From: the human T2T-CHM13v2.0 reference genome, Homo sapiens
NCBI RefSeq assembly: GCF_009914755.1
Contig: NC_060935.1
Length of the DNA: 64,000 bases
Reading direction: 5' to 3' (one strand)
This document shows, piece by piece, positions 16,230 through 28,047 of this stretch. The notes under the pieces were generated by a model. The model saw only the letters and a program-made list of their open reading frames with translations, did no database searches and was not told the DNA's origin. Positions within the stretch are counted from its first letter, which is position 1. Every line of letters starts with the position of its first letter. The position numbers and the translations under genes were made by a program.

Positions 16230-16580
16230 TTGTTAAGTGTGGTTAGGAGCCCTTCGCAGTAAAATTTGTTTCCAGTGACTATGATAGATGGAGAAATGTC
16301 TGCAGCTTGGACAGATGCCAACATTGTGCCTTTCTTTAAGACAGCAATGAATGACTCTGGGTCTGAGTCAGTTTAACTGGTATGCCTGGGAAAATGTTTG
16401 AACAAATTATGATAAAATCAATCTTCAAATGCTTCTAAAAGAATATGGCTTTTTGAAGAACAAAGCCTAGAAAACTAATCTCTTCTGCCAATTCTGAGGT
16501 CAGAGTGACAGGAGCTTAGTAGACTGTAAAGATACATTAAAATTTGACTTTATAAGGATTTTGAATCTTCATGCATGACA
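16230..16580 (+). mobile_element. CR1/L3 LINE reverse-transcriptase fossil
   Basis: Hand translation gives WTDANIVPFFK, VSLTGMPGKMFEQIMIK and YGFLKNKA*KTNL in CR1 RT motif order. Confidence 0.75.
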
Positions 16581-16902
16581 CCACCAACTCATACGAAAAA
16601 TAATGGAGGTGAGCCCAGGAAACAGAGGCATGTCTTCCTACACAGGGCTCCAGTGAAATTATACTGTGATATCAACAAAGACTGCATGTGGGACATCTGA
16701 CAGTAGAGAAAATGGGTCCCAGTCAGCCATGACCCTCTATTATTACATAGTAAGCACCAGACTAAAAAGTAACCGTCCTAAATTTAAAAACTCTCCTTTG
16801 ACCCCACTTCCTCCTCTGGCTCCATTTTTCTGATTCCATTTATATAAAATTCCTTAAAAAAGTTATCCATAATCACTGTCTCCAGTTCCTGTTCCTCCAT
16901 TG

Positions 16903-17050
16903 CTGGACCAGTTGCATAATTTACAGGGTCCAGTGCAAAATAAAAGTGTAAGACCCTTGTTGAAAATTGTTATGAATTTCAAGACAGTGAGAGCAGAGCA
17001 TTAATCTCAGTGTGGCCTCTTCTAAGCATGGGGCCTTGGAGCTGGCCCTG
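16903..17050 (-). mobile_element. MER45A hAT-Tip100 element with perfect 8-bp TSD
   Basis: ccagtgcaaaat...gaatttcaagac...gcagagcatta...ggccctg; TSD CTCCATTG at 16895-16902 and 17051-17058. Confidence 0.88.
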
Positions 17051-17322
17051 CTCCATTGTCTTCTGAGCCCACCCCAATCAGGCGTTCATCCTCCACCAAT
17101 TCTACTAAGTAAAATATTTTTCTCGATGTCTGTACTGATTTCCATAGAATAAATCTAAAAGTCAATTCTCCCGTTCATCTTACCAGATCCATTAATGATA
17201 TTTAGCAGTGATTACTGCGTTTTTGTTGAAGCACTGTCTTCACCCAGTTCCAGAACTCACTTCTGTTCTCCATCTACCTCACTGGACACTGCTCCCTTTA
17301 GTCTTGTCTTCCGGTTCCTCAT

Positions 17323-17755
17323 TGTGGTAGGTTGAATATCGGCCCCCCAAAGGTGAGGGGAGAAGAACCTGTGATTGTGTTACCTTACGTGATAAAAAGG
17401 GATTGGTACATATGGTTCAGTTAAGATCTGGGGATAGGGATTATCCAAGTGGGCCCAGTGGAATCACAAAGTGGATCAAAGTCAGTAGTAAGAGATGTGT
17501 TGACAGAAATAAGAGATTGGAGTAACATGAGAAAAGAGCCGTGAGTCAAAGATGCAAGCAGCTTTTACAAGCTGAAAATGTCAAGAAACTAAACTCTCCC
17601 TTGAAGCCTCTAAAAGGAACACCATTCTGAAACCCTGACAAGACCTTGATTTTAAACATCCGACCTCCAGAATTGTAAGGAAAAAAAAAACTGGTATTGT
17701 TTTAAGCCACTAAATGTATGGTAATTCGTTACAGAAGCAAGAGTAAACTAATATA
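17323..17755 (+). mobile_element. MLT1D-like MaLR solo LTR
   Basis: tgtggtaggttgaat..ggcccccca start; ttttaagccactaaa...aaactaatata end; near-TSD ctcat/ctcct. Confidence 0.85.
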
Positions 17756-19077
17756 CTCCTCGCCAAAGAAACTCTACACATTGGCCTGCCCCAGGGCTCA
17801 TCCCTAGGACCTCTCACCTTCTCTGTCTATGCCAACCCCTAGGATACCTCACCAATTTCAAGGTTTTAAGGTGCCAGCTAAACACTGATGACTCCCAAAT
17901 TTATATTTCTGGATCAGGGTTCCCTAAACTCCAGATTCTGTTGGCTATAGCCAACAGCTCACTTGTCATTTTCATTTAAGTGTCTAAAAGGCATCTCAAA
18001 TTTAACATATCCTCCAATGCACAGTCCTTCTGTTAACTTCCCTATATCAGTAAATGGCAGCTCCAGCTCAATTCTTCCAGTTTCATGGGCCAAAAACCTC
18101 AGTTATCCTCGATGCCTCTCTTTTTCTCACACTCCACATCATATCTGTCAGGGAATCATGTCTGCTGAACCTCCAAAATAAATCCAATCTGATAATAAAT
18201 CTGACACTTCTCACCACTTCCCCGGCTACCACTCAGGGTAGAGCCAACATCATGGCTCACCTGGAATATTTCACCAGCCTCAAACTGTTCTCCCAGCTTC
18301 TAACCTTGGCCCCCCACAACCTAGGTTCAACCCAGCAGCCAAAGTGATTCTCTTACAATATTTTCAATGTCATATCTCTTCTCTTAAAACCCTATAATGA
18401 CTTTCCATTTCACTCAAGAGGCATAACCCTTACAGTGACCTAGATGTTCTTTATAATCTGGTTCTTCTGCTACTTCTATAACCTCCTCTCCTACCACTCA
18501 AACTCACTCACTCTGCTCCCATATCAGATTCATTGCTCCTTCTAGAACATTCTCAAGAGAGCTCTCGCCTCAAGGCCTTTACAATTGTTTTTTCTTCTAC
18601 CTTAAATGGAAACACAGATATCTACATTACTCACTCCTTCACTTGTTTCATGTTCTCAGCTCAAATATTATGTTATTATTGGAATGGTCCCTAAATACTT
18701 TCTCCCACTCAACTCCCTTTCTTACCTTGCTTTGTTTACCTCCATAGCTCTATCACTCTGTAACATATACATTTAAACATTTGCTTATTTATTGTTTGAT
18801 TCCTACTACTAGAATGTGAGCTCTATTAAGGCAAGTACATGCTTTTGATTCTCTAATAAGTTCTCAGTGCTAGAACAGTAACTAGGTAATACTAGGCACT
18901 TGATAAATACCTGTTGAATGAAATTAATGAGTAATGGCACAAGACTAGGAGTGTTGGATGCATCGTTTGCCAATATCTAACTAATGTATCAGTGAAGATC
19001 CGTGAATAAACCACAGCCCAAGCCCACATTTTGAAATGAAAATTTAAAAAACTATTAGTAAATTCCAAAATGCCCCC

Positions 19078-19477
19078 TAAGCAACCTAAGTATCCATCAA
19101 CAGATGATTGAATAAAGAAAATCTGGTATATCTTCACAATGGAAAACTATTCACCCATAAAAAAGTCTTCTGCAGTGACATGGATGGAATTGGAGGCCAT
19201 TAAGTGAAACAATTCAGAAACAGAATATCAAATACTGCTATTCTTGCTTCTTACTGGGAGCTAAATAATATATACACGTGGACATGAAGTATGGAATGAT
19301 AGACATTGAAGACTCAGAAGGATGAGAGGGTGCGAGGAAGTGAGGAGTGAGAAGTTATTTAATGGATACAATGCACATTATTTGATTATAGTTATACCAA
19401 AAGCCCAGACTTAACTACTATACAAGATATCTATGTAAAAAAAACTGCACTTGTACACCTTAAATTTATATCAAAAA
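19078..19477 (+). mobile_element. L1 3' end (L1PB4-like)
   Basis: caacctaagtatccatcaacagatga...gaagactcagaagg...aaaagcccagactt...ctgcacttgtaca. Confidence 0.8.
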
Positions 19478-19584
19478 TAGGCAGTGTGTGACCACTGTGA
19501 CCCAGGGACTGTCTTAATTAGAAAATCAGCTAGTCTTCCTTTTCCTCCAAACACACACTTCATGGCACAGCTATCTTCTAAACC

Positions 19585-19775
19585 CAGGTACTTTCAACTG
19601 GGGATGATTTTGCCTCCAAGAGAACATTTGCAGTGTCTGGAGACATTTTTGTTTGTCACAGCCAGAGGAAAGATGTTACTAACATCTAGTGGATAGAGAC
19701 CAGAGATGCTGCTAATCATCCCGCAATTCACAAGACACTCCCTACGAGTAATTATCCAGCCTAAAATGTCAACAG
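19585..19775 (+). mobile_element. MER20 (second copy)
   Basis: ggggatgattttgcc...catttgcagtgtctggagacattttt...catctagtgg.tagagaccag.gatgctgctaa. Confidence 0.85.
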
Positions 19776-19779
19776 TTCA

Positions 19780-20760
19780 GACTATGTATTCTGCTATTGT
19801 TGGGTAGAGTGTTTTTAAAACATCAATTAGGTCACTGTATTAGTCCATTTTCACACTGCTGTTAAAGACATACCTGAAACTGAGAAGATAAAGAGGTTTA
19901 ATTGGACTTACAGTTCCATATGGCTGGGGAGGCCTCAGAAACATGGCGGGAGGTGAAAGACACTTCTTATATGGTGGTGGCAAGAAAAAATGAGGAAGAT
20001 TCAAACGCAGAAACCCTGATAAAACCATCAGATCTCGTGAGACATATTCACTACCACAAAAACAGTATGGGGGAAACTGCCCTCATGATTCAAATTATCT
20101 CCCACTGGGTCCCTCCCACAACACGTGGGAATTATGGGAGTACAAGTCAAGATGAGATTTGGGTGGGGACACAGCTAAACCATGTCAGTCACATTGATCA
20201 GTAGTGTTACTTCAGGCTTCCATATGCTTACTGATTTTCTTTTTACTGCACTTTCAGCTATGGAGAGATGGGTGTTAAGTTTTTCAACTATAATTAGAGA
20301 TCTATTTTTTTTTGTAGTTCTATTTGTTTTTTTTCCCCCATATCTTGAAACTCTTATTAATATATAAACATTTAGGATTTTTATGTCTTCTGGTTGAAGT
20401 CACCCTTTCCTCATTATCAAAGGACTCTCTCTGTTGTTGGCAAGATTCTGAAATCTACTTTGTCTGTTATAAGCCACTCTAGCTTCCTTTGATTAGTGTT
20501 AGGATGGTTTATTTCTTTACATCCTTTTACTTTTGGTGTTATTTGCATTTTTATATATAAAGTGGGTTTATTAAAGATGGTATGTAGTTGGGCCTTTTTT
20601 TCTTTCTCCAGGCTAATAGTCTCTTCCATTTAATTGTGGTACTTATACCATTTAAAATTAATATGATTATCAATATGATTAGGTTTAAATCTACTATCAT
20701 GATATTTGCTTTCTATTTGCCTCATCTCTTCTTTTGTTACTTTAATCTTTTTCTATCTTT
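19780..20760 (-). mobile_element. Old L1M ORF2 fragment, split by THE1A
   Basis: T-rich antisense L1; minus translation near 20417-20629 resembles the endonuclease region (KVKG..I.H.NTNQRK...DKVDF). Confidence 0.7.
19836..20187 (-). mobile_element. THE1A-like MaLR solo LTR
   Basis: tgtattagtcc...aaaatgaggaagat...aaccatgtca; perfect 5-bp TSD GTCAC (19831-19835, 20188-20192). Confidence 0.9.
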
Positions 20761-20808
20761 TTGGTGGCGGCAGGCGAGGAAGAAGGATGAGTCTTCTTTA
20801 TAGTCCCA

Positions 20809-21832
20809 TGTGGTGGGAAGGATTCTAAGATGGCTCCCAAGACAGCTACCGTCTAGCGTACATATGCTGCACATTGCTCTTCCTTTGAGTGTAGGAAGGA
20901 TTTGTTAATATGATGGAATTTCAGTCTCATGACTATGTTATACTACCTGGAAAAGATAAAGAGATTTTTCTGTAATTAAGGTCTCTAATCAGTTGACTGA
21001 ACTAATTAAAAGGATTATCTTTAGAAGAACTGACCTAATCAGGCTAGTGTTTTGTAGAAGGCCCAGGCCACCCTTCAGAAGGAGACTAGAAGTAAGAGGG
21101 ATTGTCCTGCTGGCCTTGATGATGTAAGCTCACATGATGTGAGAGGGCCTATGAGAGACCAACACAGCAAGGATGTAAGGGCAGCTCTAGGAGTTGAGAG
21201 TGGTCTGCTATAGTCTGACTGCTATAGTCTGACTGTTTGTGTCCCCCTAAAATTCCTCTGTTAAAATTCTAACACCCAAGATGTTGGTGTTAGGAGATGG
21301 GGCCTTCAGAAGGTGATTAGGTCATGATGGTGGAGCCCTCATTTATGAGATTAGTTCCCTTACGAAATAAGTTAAAGAGAGACCCCTCGCCCATTCCACA
21401 ATGTGAGAACACAGCGAGAAGATGCCGTCTATGAACTAAAAAGCCTCACCAGACACTGAATCTGCCAGCAACTTGATCTTGGACTTCCTGGCTTCCAGAA
21501 ATGTAAGAAGAAATTAATTTCTGCTGTTTATTAGATACCCAATTTACGGTGTTTTGTTATAGCAGCTCAAACTAAGATACTGACCAATAGGTACTAACTC
21601 ATACAACTGCAAAAAATATAAGGACCTTAGAATATAAATGAAATCTGCCAATAATCTGAATGAGCCTGGAAACAAACCTTCCCTAATCAAACCTCCAAAT
21701 GAGAATGCAGCCTTGCCAGCCCCTTGATTTCAGCCACGTGGGATCCTGAGCAAAGGATTCAAGCTAAGCTGTGCTCAAATTACTGACCCACAGAAACTAT
21801 GGGATAATAAATGTATGTTGTTTGAGGTACTA
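20809..21832 (+). mobile_element. MLT1E-like LTR with nested MLT1A
   Basis: tgtggtggg..gattctaagatggc start; taattaaggtc.ctaatcagttgac; resumes after 21580 to gataataaatgtatgttgttt. Confidence 0.8.
21206..21579 (+). mobile_element. MLT1A-like solo LTR
   Basis: tgctatagtctga..gtttgtgtcccc...ttttgttatagcagc..aactaagata. Confidence 0.88.
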
Positions 21833-21839
21833 ATACATT

Positions 21840-21960
21840 AACAACTCAGACACAGAAAGGCAGAGCTACTTGCTGAAGTTTATAGGTCCTAACGACAAAG
21901 CCAAGATTGAAACCCAGGCTGTCTGTCCACAGAGGCCTCATCCTTAACCATTAAGGTACA
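21840..21960 (-). mobile_element. MIR fragment
   Basis: aagccaagattgaaacccaggctgtctg...cttaacca. Confidence 0.6.
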
Positions 21961-22819
21961 CTCTCTCTTTGTACCAGTTATCAATAGATTAATCCAGTTT
22001 TGTAGAAAGTTCAGAAATATACCTAAGTGTTACACAGTTATGAGACAGAAGTGGCTTTTGAATTACTGGGACATCAACTTGTCATCTTTTGTCCAATCAA
22101 AAGATAAGCCCCTGTCCTGTACAACTTTGGCTCTGTCTCCAAGATGACCTGATTGCTTCCTTCATCTCAGACTTTTTCAAAATGACTTCTAAAAACCTAA
22201 GTCTACAACAACTCTCAGGTCATTATTCTTCATGCCCCTGCAAATACTTGTCTTTATGCTATTTTTGAGCCTTCTATCCCTCTGTATCATTGTCACCTGC
22301 CAAAAATCTAGTTAATATATCCATCTTCCCATTTTAGAACATGCTACTTTAACTTTCTGGCTGAACTCCAGACCCTCAAAAGTGGGATCCTTGTCTTTGT
22401 AACCACAGTCCTAGACATAATATAGATGTTCATAAACATATGTCAACAGATTAAATTAATGGCTTAAAAAAGTAATTCCTCCAAGAGTCACAAATTCTAC
22501 TATATATACTGTATATCTGCTATTACCTTTGAACAGCATCATCCTTATCTACTGAACTGGGAGTGATTTCTTCCCACAGACAAAACAAAGCAGCCTTTTG
22601 GGACACAAACCAATGGAAGGCTGTTGCCTTTAGGTGTCTTGGCTCCAGATAATAATTTGCTGATTCACTAACAAATTATAATATACATTAGAATGATTTT
22701 TTTCTTCTGTACCTTGTACATTCACACAGAGGGAAAATTGTATACAGTAAATGCTGACACAGATAAAAACATGGATGTTTCAAGCAGTAAGGATGCTTAC
22801 ACTCAGAATAAAATAGAGT

Positions 22820-23119
22820 GTTTTTGTTGTTGTTTTCTTTTTTTTAGAGACAGGTCCTCACTCTGTCACTCAGGCTGGAGTGCAGTGGCACAATCAGCTC
22901 ACAGTAACCTTGAACCCCCGGGCTCAAGTGGCCCTCCCACTTCAGCCTCACAACTAGCTGAGACTACAGGAACAGGCCACCTCCCCTGGCTAATTATTAT
23001 TATTATTTGTAGAGATGGGATTTTGCTGTGTGGCCCAGGCTGATTTAAAACTCCTGGCCTCAAGCAATCCTTCCACCTCAGCCTCCCAAGATTACAAGCG
23101 TAAGCCACCATGCCTGGCT
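22820..23119 (-). mobile_element. AluJ
   Basis: Dimeric, diverged; gggctcaagtgg and cctcaagcaatcc J-type arms. Confidence 0.9.
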
Positions 23120-24640
23120 CAGAGTACAGTTTTAATATCCAAATTTCCAAGCATTCACCCATATACTCTAAGATAAAAGAGGGTAATAGTGAAAGTGTTT
23201 AGGTATTATTTTGTCTTTATTCTATAAGTCAAGTAATACATTCTAATTTCATATTACTTGAGAATAAGAAAATATTTATAAAGTTCCATAAAGCAGACTT
23301 TTTGAGGTAAATAAATTTATTAGCATTTTACAGATGAAGAAACCTAGGCTTATAGAAGAGGTGTGAATCCACGACCACACAGAAAACAGCAGAACTGAGA
23401 CTAAGCCTAGATCTAACAGCATATCCATGATCGATTGCAATTTAGCTATGCCCTGTCCCCACATTAAGACAATAGGAACACCGGAGCAGGGTCTGGGCTA
23501 TAGGGCTGCCCTCTGGGGAACCAGGGGGAGCCTGGTGGTAGGGTGTCTTTGCATGGCTGTGCCTTCCAGCCCTGAGTGCAGCAACTGAGAGCTGGCATCA
23601 TTAAGAGAACCAGCGACTGAAAGTTGGGCAGAACATCCAATCAAGTTGTGGGTATGGAAGGGCTCTACAGAGGTGGAGAGCAGGGCAAAATCTGGAGAAA
23701 TTAGGTAAGAATAGAAGTTCCAAGCATGAAATATGAGGCCAAGCCTAGAGAATATCCTAGGCCTGGAGAACATGGCACTTCATTATAGGCAGCTACCTCC
23801 CATACCAGTGAGGAGATAGTGTCAAGGATCAGCTACAGCTCAAATTGCTGCTCCCTCTCTGCCATGGCTCCCCATGCAGGTGAAATGCATTCCTCTTCAC
23901 AGCCTCAAGAAGACCACACTCCCTAAGGCAGGAAATGGGGAAAGTCAGATTTTTTTGTCTATGTTCAGCTACCGTAGAGGAAAAGGTAAAAAATTATAGA
24001 CTGAGAAAGGAGGGGAAGTAATACTCTCAACACGTATTTACTGGCAAATTGTAAATGAACAGTTGGTGAACTCATCAACACAGGGAATGCAGCTCTGAAT
24101 CTTGTGTCAATGTTTTCCCCTAAATCAGCTCTCATAACTCATCGCATATTACATCCTTCCACCTAATGAAATTGAACTCATCAAGGGTGAATTCAAGTAT
24201 TTTAGGGAGAACCATCCAATTCATTTGCAATGGTAAATTGGTGTGGGATTTATTTGCATGGCTACCACTCAATTTCAACTTGGGTATCACTGGCCTGCAA
24301 CCAGCTCTGTTTCAAAACATTGTTTGAAACTAGGTTAGATGAGATTTCATGGCAGTGGGGTCATCGTCTACCTGTCTGTTTGGGGATTTTAGGTTTTCTG
24401 ATAAGTCGACAAACATTTCATGTCTAGTGTATCTGATTCTCACCCTTCTGCATAATATACAGTTCCCTCAGTTAGAACAACATGGCACTGTCTTTGTGTT
24501 AGGCAGGTTATATAACCATTAACATTTCATTTTATAAATAAAAATTTTGCTAACACTCTAGCTCAACAAACACTTCCATGCTCAGAAAGGAAACAAAATA
24601 GGATAATATATACTAGATGTGGAAGAACTTTGATATTGTG

Positions 24641-25608
24641 TGTGGGGAAAAGCAAGAGAGATCAGATTGTCACTGTGTCTGTGTAGAAAGAAGTAGACAT
24701 AGGAGACTCCATTTTGTTATGTACTAAGAAAAATTCTTCTGCCTTGAGATTCTGTTAATCTATAACCTTACCCCCAACCCCGTGCTCTCTGAAACGTGTG
24801 CTGTGTCAACTCAGAGTTGAATGGATTAAGGGCGGTGCAGGATGTGCTTTGTTAAACAGATGCTTGAAGGCAGCATGCTCCTTAAGAGTCATCACCACTC
24901 CCTAATCTCAAGTACCCAGGGACACAAAAACTGCGGAAGGCCGCAGGGACCTCTGCCTAGGAAAGCCAGGTATTGTCCAAGGTCTCTCCCCATGTGATAG
25001 TCTGAAATATGGCCTCGTGGGAAGGGAAAGACCTGACCGTCCCCCAGCCCGACACCCGTAAAGGGTCTGTGCTGAGGAGGATTAGTAAAAGAGGAAGGAA
25101 TGCCTCTTGCAGTTGAGACAAGAGGAAGGCATCTGTCTCCTGCCTGTCCCTGGGCAATGGAATGTCTCGGTATAAAACCCGATTGTATGCTCCATCTACT
25201 GAGATAGGGAAAACCCGCCTTAGGGCTGGAGGTGGGACCTGCGGGCAGCAATACTGCTTTGTAAAGCATTGAGATGTTTATGTGTATGCATATCTAAAAG
25301 CACAGCACTTAATCCTTTACATTGTCTATGATGCAAAGACCTTTGTTCACGTGTTTGTCTGCTGACCCTCTCCCCACAATTGTCTTGTGACCCTGACACA
25401 TCCCCCTCTTTGAGAAACACCCACAGATGATCAATAAATACTAAGGGAACTCAGAGGCTGGCGGGATCCTCCATATGCTGAACGCTGGTTCCCCGGTTCC
25501 CCTTATTTCTTTCTCTATACTTTGTCTCTGTGTCTTTTTCTTTTCCAAATCTCTCGTCCCACCTTACGAGAAACACCCACAGGTGTGTAGGGGCAACCCA
25601 CCCCTACA
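24641..25608 (+). mobile_element. HERV-K(HML-2) LTR5_Hs solo LTR, complete (968 bp)
   Basis: TGTGGGGAAAAGCAAGAGAG...CCCACCCCTACA; TATAAAA at 25171; AATAAA at 25433; 5-bp TSD TTGTG (24636-24640, 25609-25613); no primer-binding site or gag follows. Confidence 0.97.
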
Positions 25609-25979
25609 TTGTGTTTCTCCAGCAAAATCTTTGTCAGAAAAACAATAAATACAATTTGTAAAATTTTAAGTCATTTTGCCAGGGATGGGGAGTTGACAGG
25701 TTAATGAAGTGGAAGGGAAAATAACTTAGTAAGTCCAGAACTCTATAAACCTTTTCTGTTTTATGGTTGTTATTGCTACTCTTATTTAATCATTTCAATA
25801 ACCCTGAAAGGTACTGATATCCACTTTAAGGATTAAAAAATCCTGAGCCTCATAAAAGTTAAGTAACTTGATCAAAGTCAGCTGGAGAGACCAAGGTTTC
25901 TTTAGGGCTTGAATCATATCTGCCTGATTCCACAGCCCAGGCTTCCATGCATAACAGAGTAAGTGGTGCAAAGGGACAT

Positions 25980-27078
25980 GGCAGGTTCTATAGGGTGCCT
26001 ACCCAGCATCTTTTGTCCCTTATTTCATCTTAATAAAATCCATATGTTGTTAAGATAACCAACCTCCCACACATCACCATGTATTTCAGAGGATGAGACC
26101 TCATCCCCTACTCAAGGGGTGCCTGATGGAATGGTCATTACCATTCCCTTTGCCATGAAGGCTTTAGGGTTCAAATGTAACTTAACTCTAGCCACTTTCA
26201 TATGAGGTGAAATCTGCTGGTGGAAGGACAGATGGTGGATAGCACTTCAGGGGGAAAAAAGAAAAACCAATTTTCTCTCTCTTTAGACAGTATACAGTAA
26301 ATGTGCCTGATAGCAATAACTTAAGCATACCCTGAGAATTTCCCTGTATGGCAGACATACCTGAATATGTGTTCTGCGCTAGGGAATCCAGGAGTGGCCA
26401 ACCAGCAAGTTTGTTCATTGTCTATGGGAAACTCTGAGCCCTTAGCCCACCCTGTGGCATATGGGCCATACACGGGATCAAGGCCCACGTTTTGTGTTGC
26501 ATGAAGGTTACCAGGTGGAGGTTGTTAGGGAAAGAGGGTTATGAGAAAATACTACATAAACCTCATGTTTTTTGCAAGTAGTTGTAGTTCTTCTGCCCAG
26601 TCTGCTCCCACTGGGCTGTGCAATTATTCTCTCTAGCCTGCCACCACTGGACTCTCTCCCCTGTATGTAAGGCCCCAGTGAAACCCCATGTCTTGTTTGC
26701 TGGTTTTGGGTCTCTTCTTCAGCCTCTTGAACCTGATGCCATGCCCACTGGAGTCTATAGGGGTTCAGCACGACAGAGAAAAAAAACAAGCAAGAAATAA
26801 TTCTCTTCATCTTGGGGATATGGTTATATTTGGAAATGATGCCTGGAACTGCTACCAGCAATTTGGTATCAGCCTGAGGATAAAGCTTCTGCCCAAGAGG
26901 ACATAACAGAGGAACAAAAGAACCTTGGCTCTTGAATAGCTAGTGGAATTCACTGATTAAGTAATCCTGGAGTTTGCTGTCCCCCCAGGATTCCCCTTAT
27001 AAAATAACATATGCCTGTGTTCACCCCAGTTTAAATTCTGGTTTCTTTCACTGGACCCTAAAGCATCCTAATGGTATA
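25980..27078 (+). mobile_element. MLT1K-like LTR, split by an ERVL LTR
   Basis: gatgcctggaactgct...cagcctgaggataaagc...aaagcatcctaatg.tata terminus. Confidence 0.6.
26291..26775 (+). mobile_element. ERVL-class solo LTR (LTR32/LTR47-like)
   Basis: gcaataacttaagcataccctgagaat..ccctgtatggcagac..acctgaat...ggggttcagcacgaca; subfamily uncertain. Confidence 0.65.
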
Positions 27079-28047
27079 ACTGGATGCCAAGACTCCATGC
27101 AGCAAGGCTAGACTGCCTTTGCTCCTTGTAGATTTCAAGGGAGTTGTAACAGGAGATCCTAAACTGAAATAAATTCATCCAAGCAGAGCAGACGAAGGGG
27201 TCAAAGTGGCTGAGACTTGCCACTATGACTTCTAAGGCAGGGGGGTTAGGAAACCAGGGCCCAGCTGTTATGGAGGCAGGAACATTTGCAGGAATGAAAC
27301 CTGGGACTATTATCAAAGCAACCTGGCTAGTTTAATAAGCTGAAGTTGAGCCCTGTAACCAATACACAGAACAGCTGGTCAAGTTCTATCAAGCTGAGGT
27401 CATTTACAAGAAAAGTAGAAAGGGGTTGCCTGGCAAGAACCAAGTTAATTAAATTATCTCCTAAGAATTTCTTCTGGACAGTGGTTATTTTTTAATTTAA
27501 GGGACAATTTTGAAACCTAATTATCCCCACAATCACCTTCAATTCATTGGCTTAGTGATTTAAATTTAACGTGTTAAAAGTTTTTATGTTAAATATTTAA
27601 AACACATTAAATTAGTAATTTTAATAAATCTAATATCTATGTGAAGATTCTAAGTACACAAGCTATTTAAATTCTTAACACAATATTTGTATTTATCAGG
27701 GGAGGAGAGATTGAAAGGGGAGAGAGAGAAAATATTAAGAAACAGCAGACCTTGGTCATAGTTCTTGTCATTAGTCATATTGTTTATTTTCTGTTAGTAT
27801 GCATAACAGAGAAACACTCCAGCATTTGGTGATTCACTGCATTTTACTTGTTAATAATAGAATGCCTCTTAAAGAACCGTGTGTAGAAAAGCACTGAAAT
27901 CGCTTCCCTGGAAAAACTGAGGGTAGTCTCCATTTAAGTATAGAATCACATAAACTAATGAACACTAAATTACCATTTATCTTCTTCCACATTCCTGGAT
28001 TTTCTTCAGTGAATTTGACCACAAAAAAATATGCCAGTTTCACAGTA

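Larger units (their letters stand above)
16790..18930 (+). mobile_element. L2 (L2a-like) LINE hosting MER45A and MLT1D
   Basis: Pyrimidine-rich L2 body (gatgactcccaaatttatat, aaaggcatctcaaa, tagaatgtgagctc) and terminus gataaatacctgttgaatgaa. Confidence 0.85.

Noticed and set aside
24892-25420. ORFs inside the HERV-K LTR
   Set aside because: Antisense frames of a solo LTR; no gag, pol or env present
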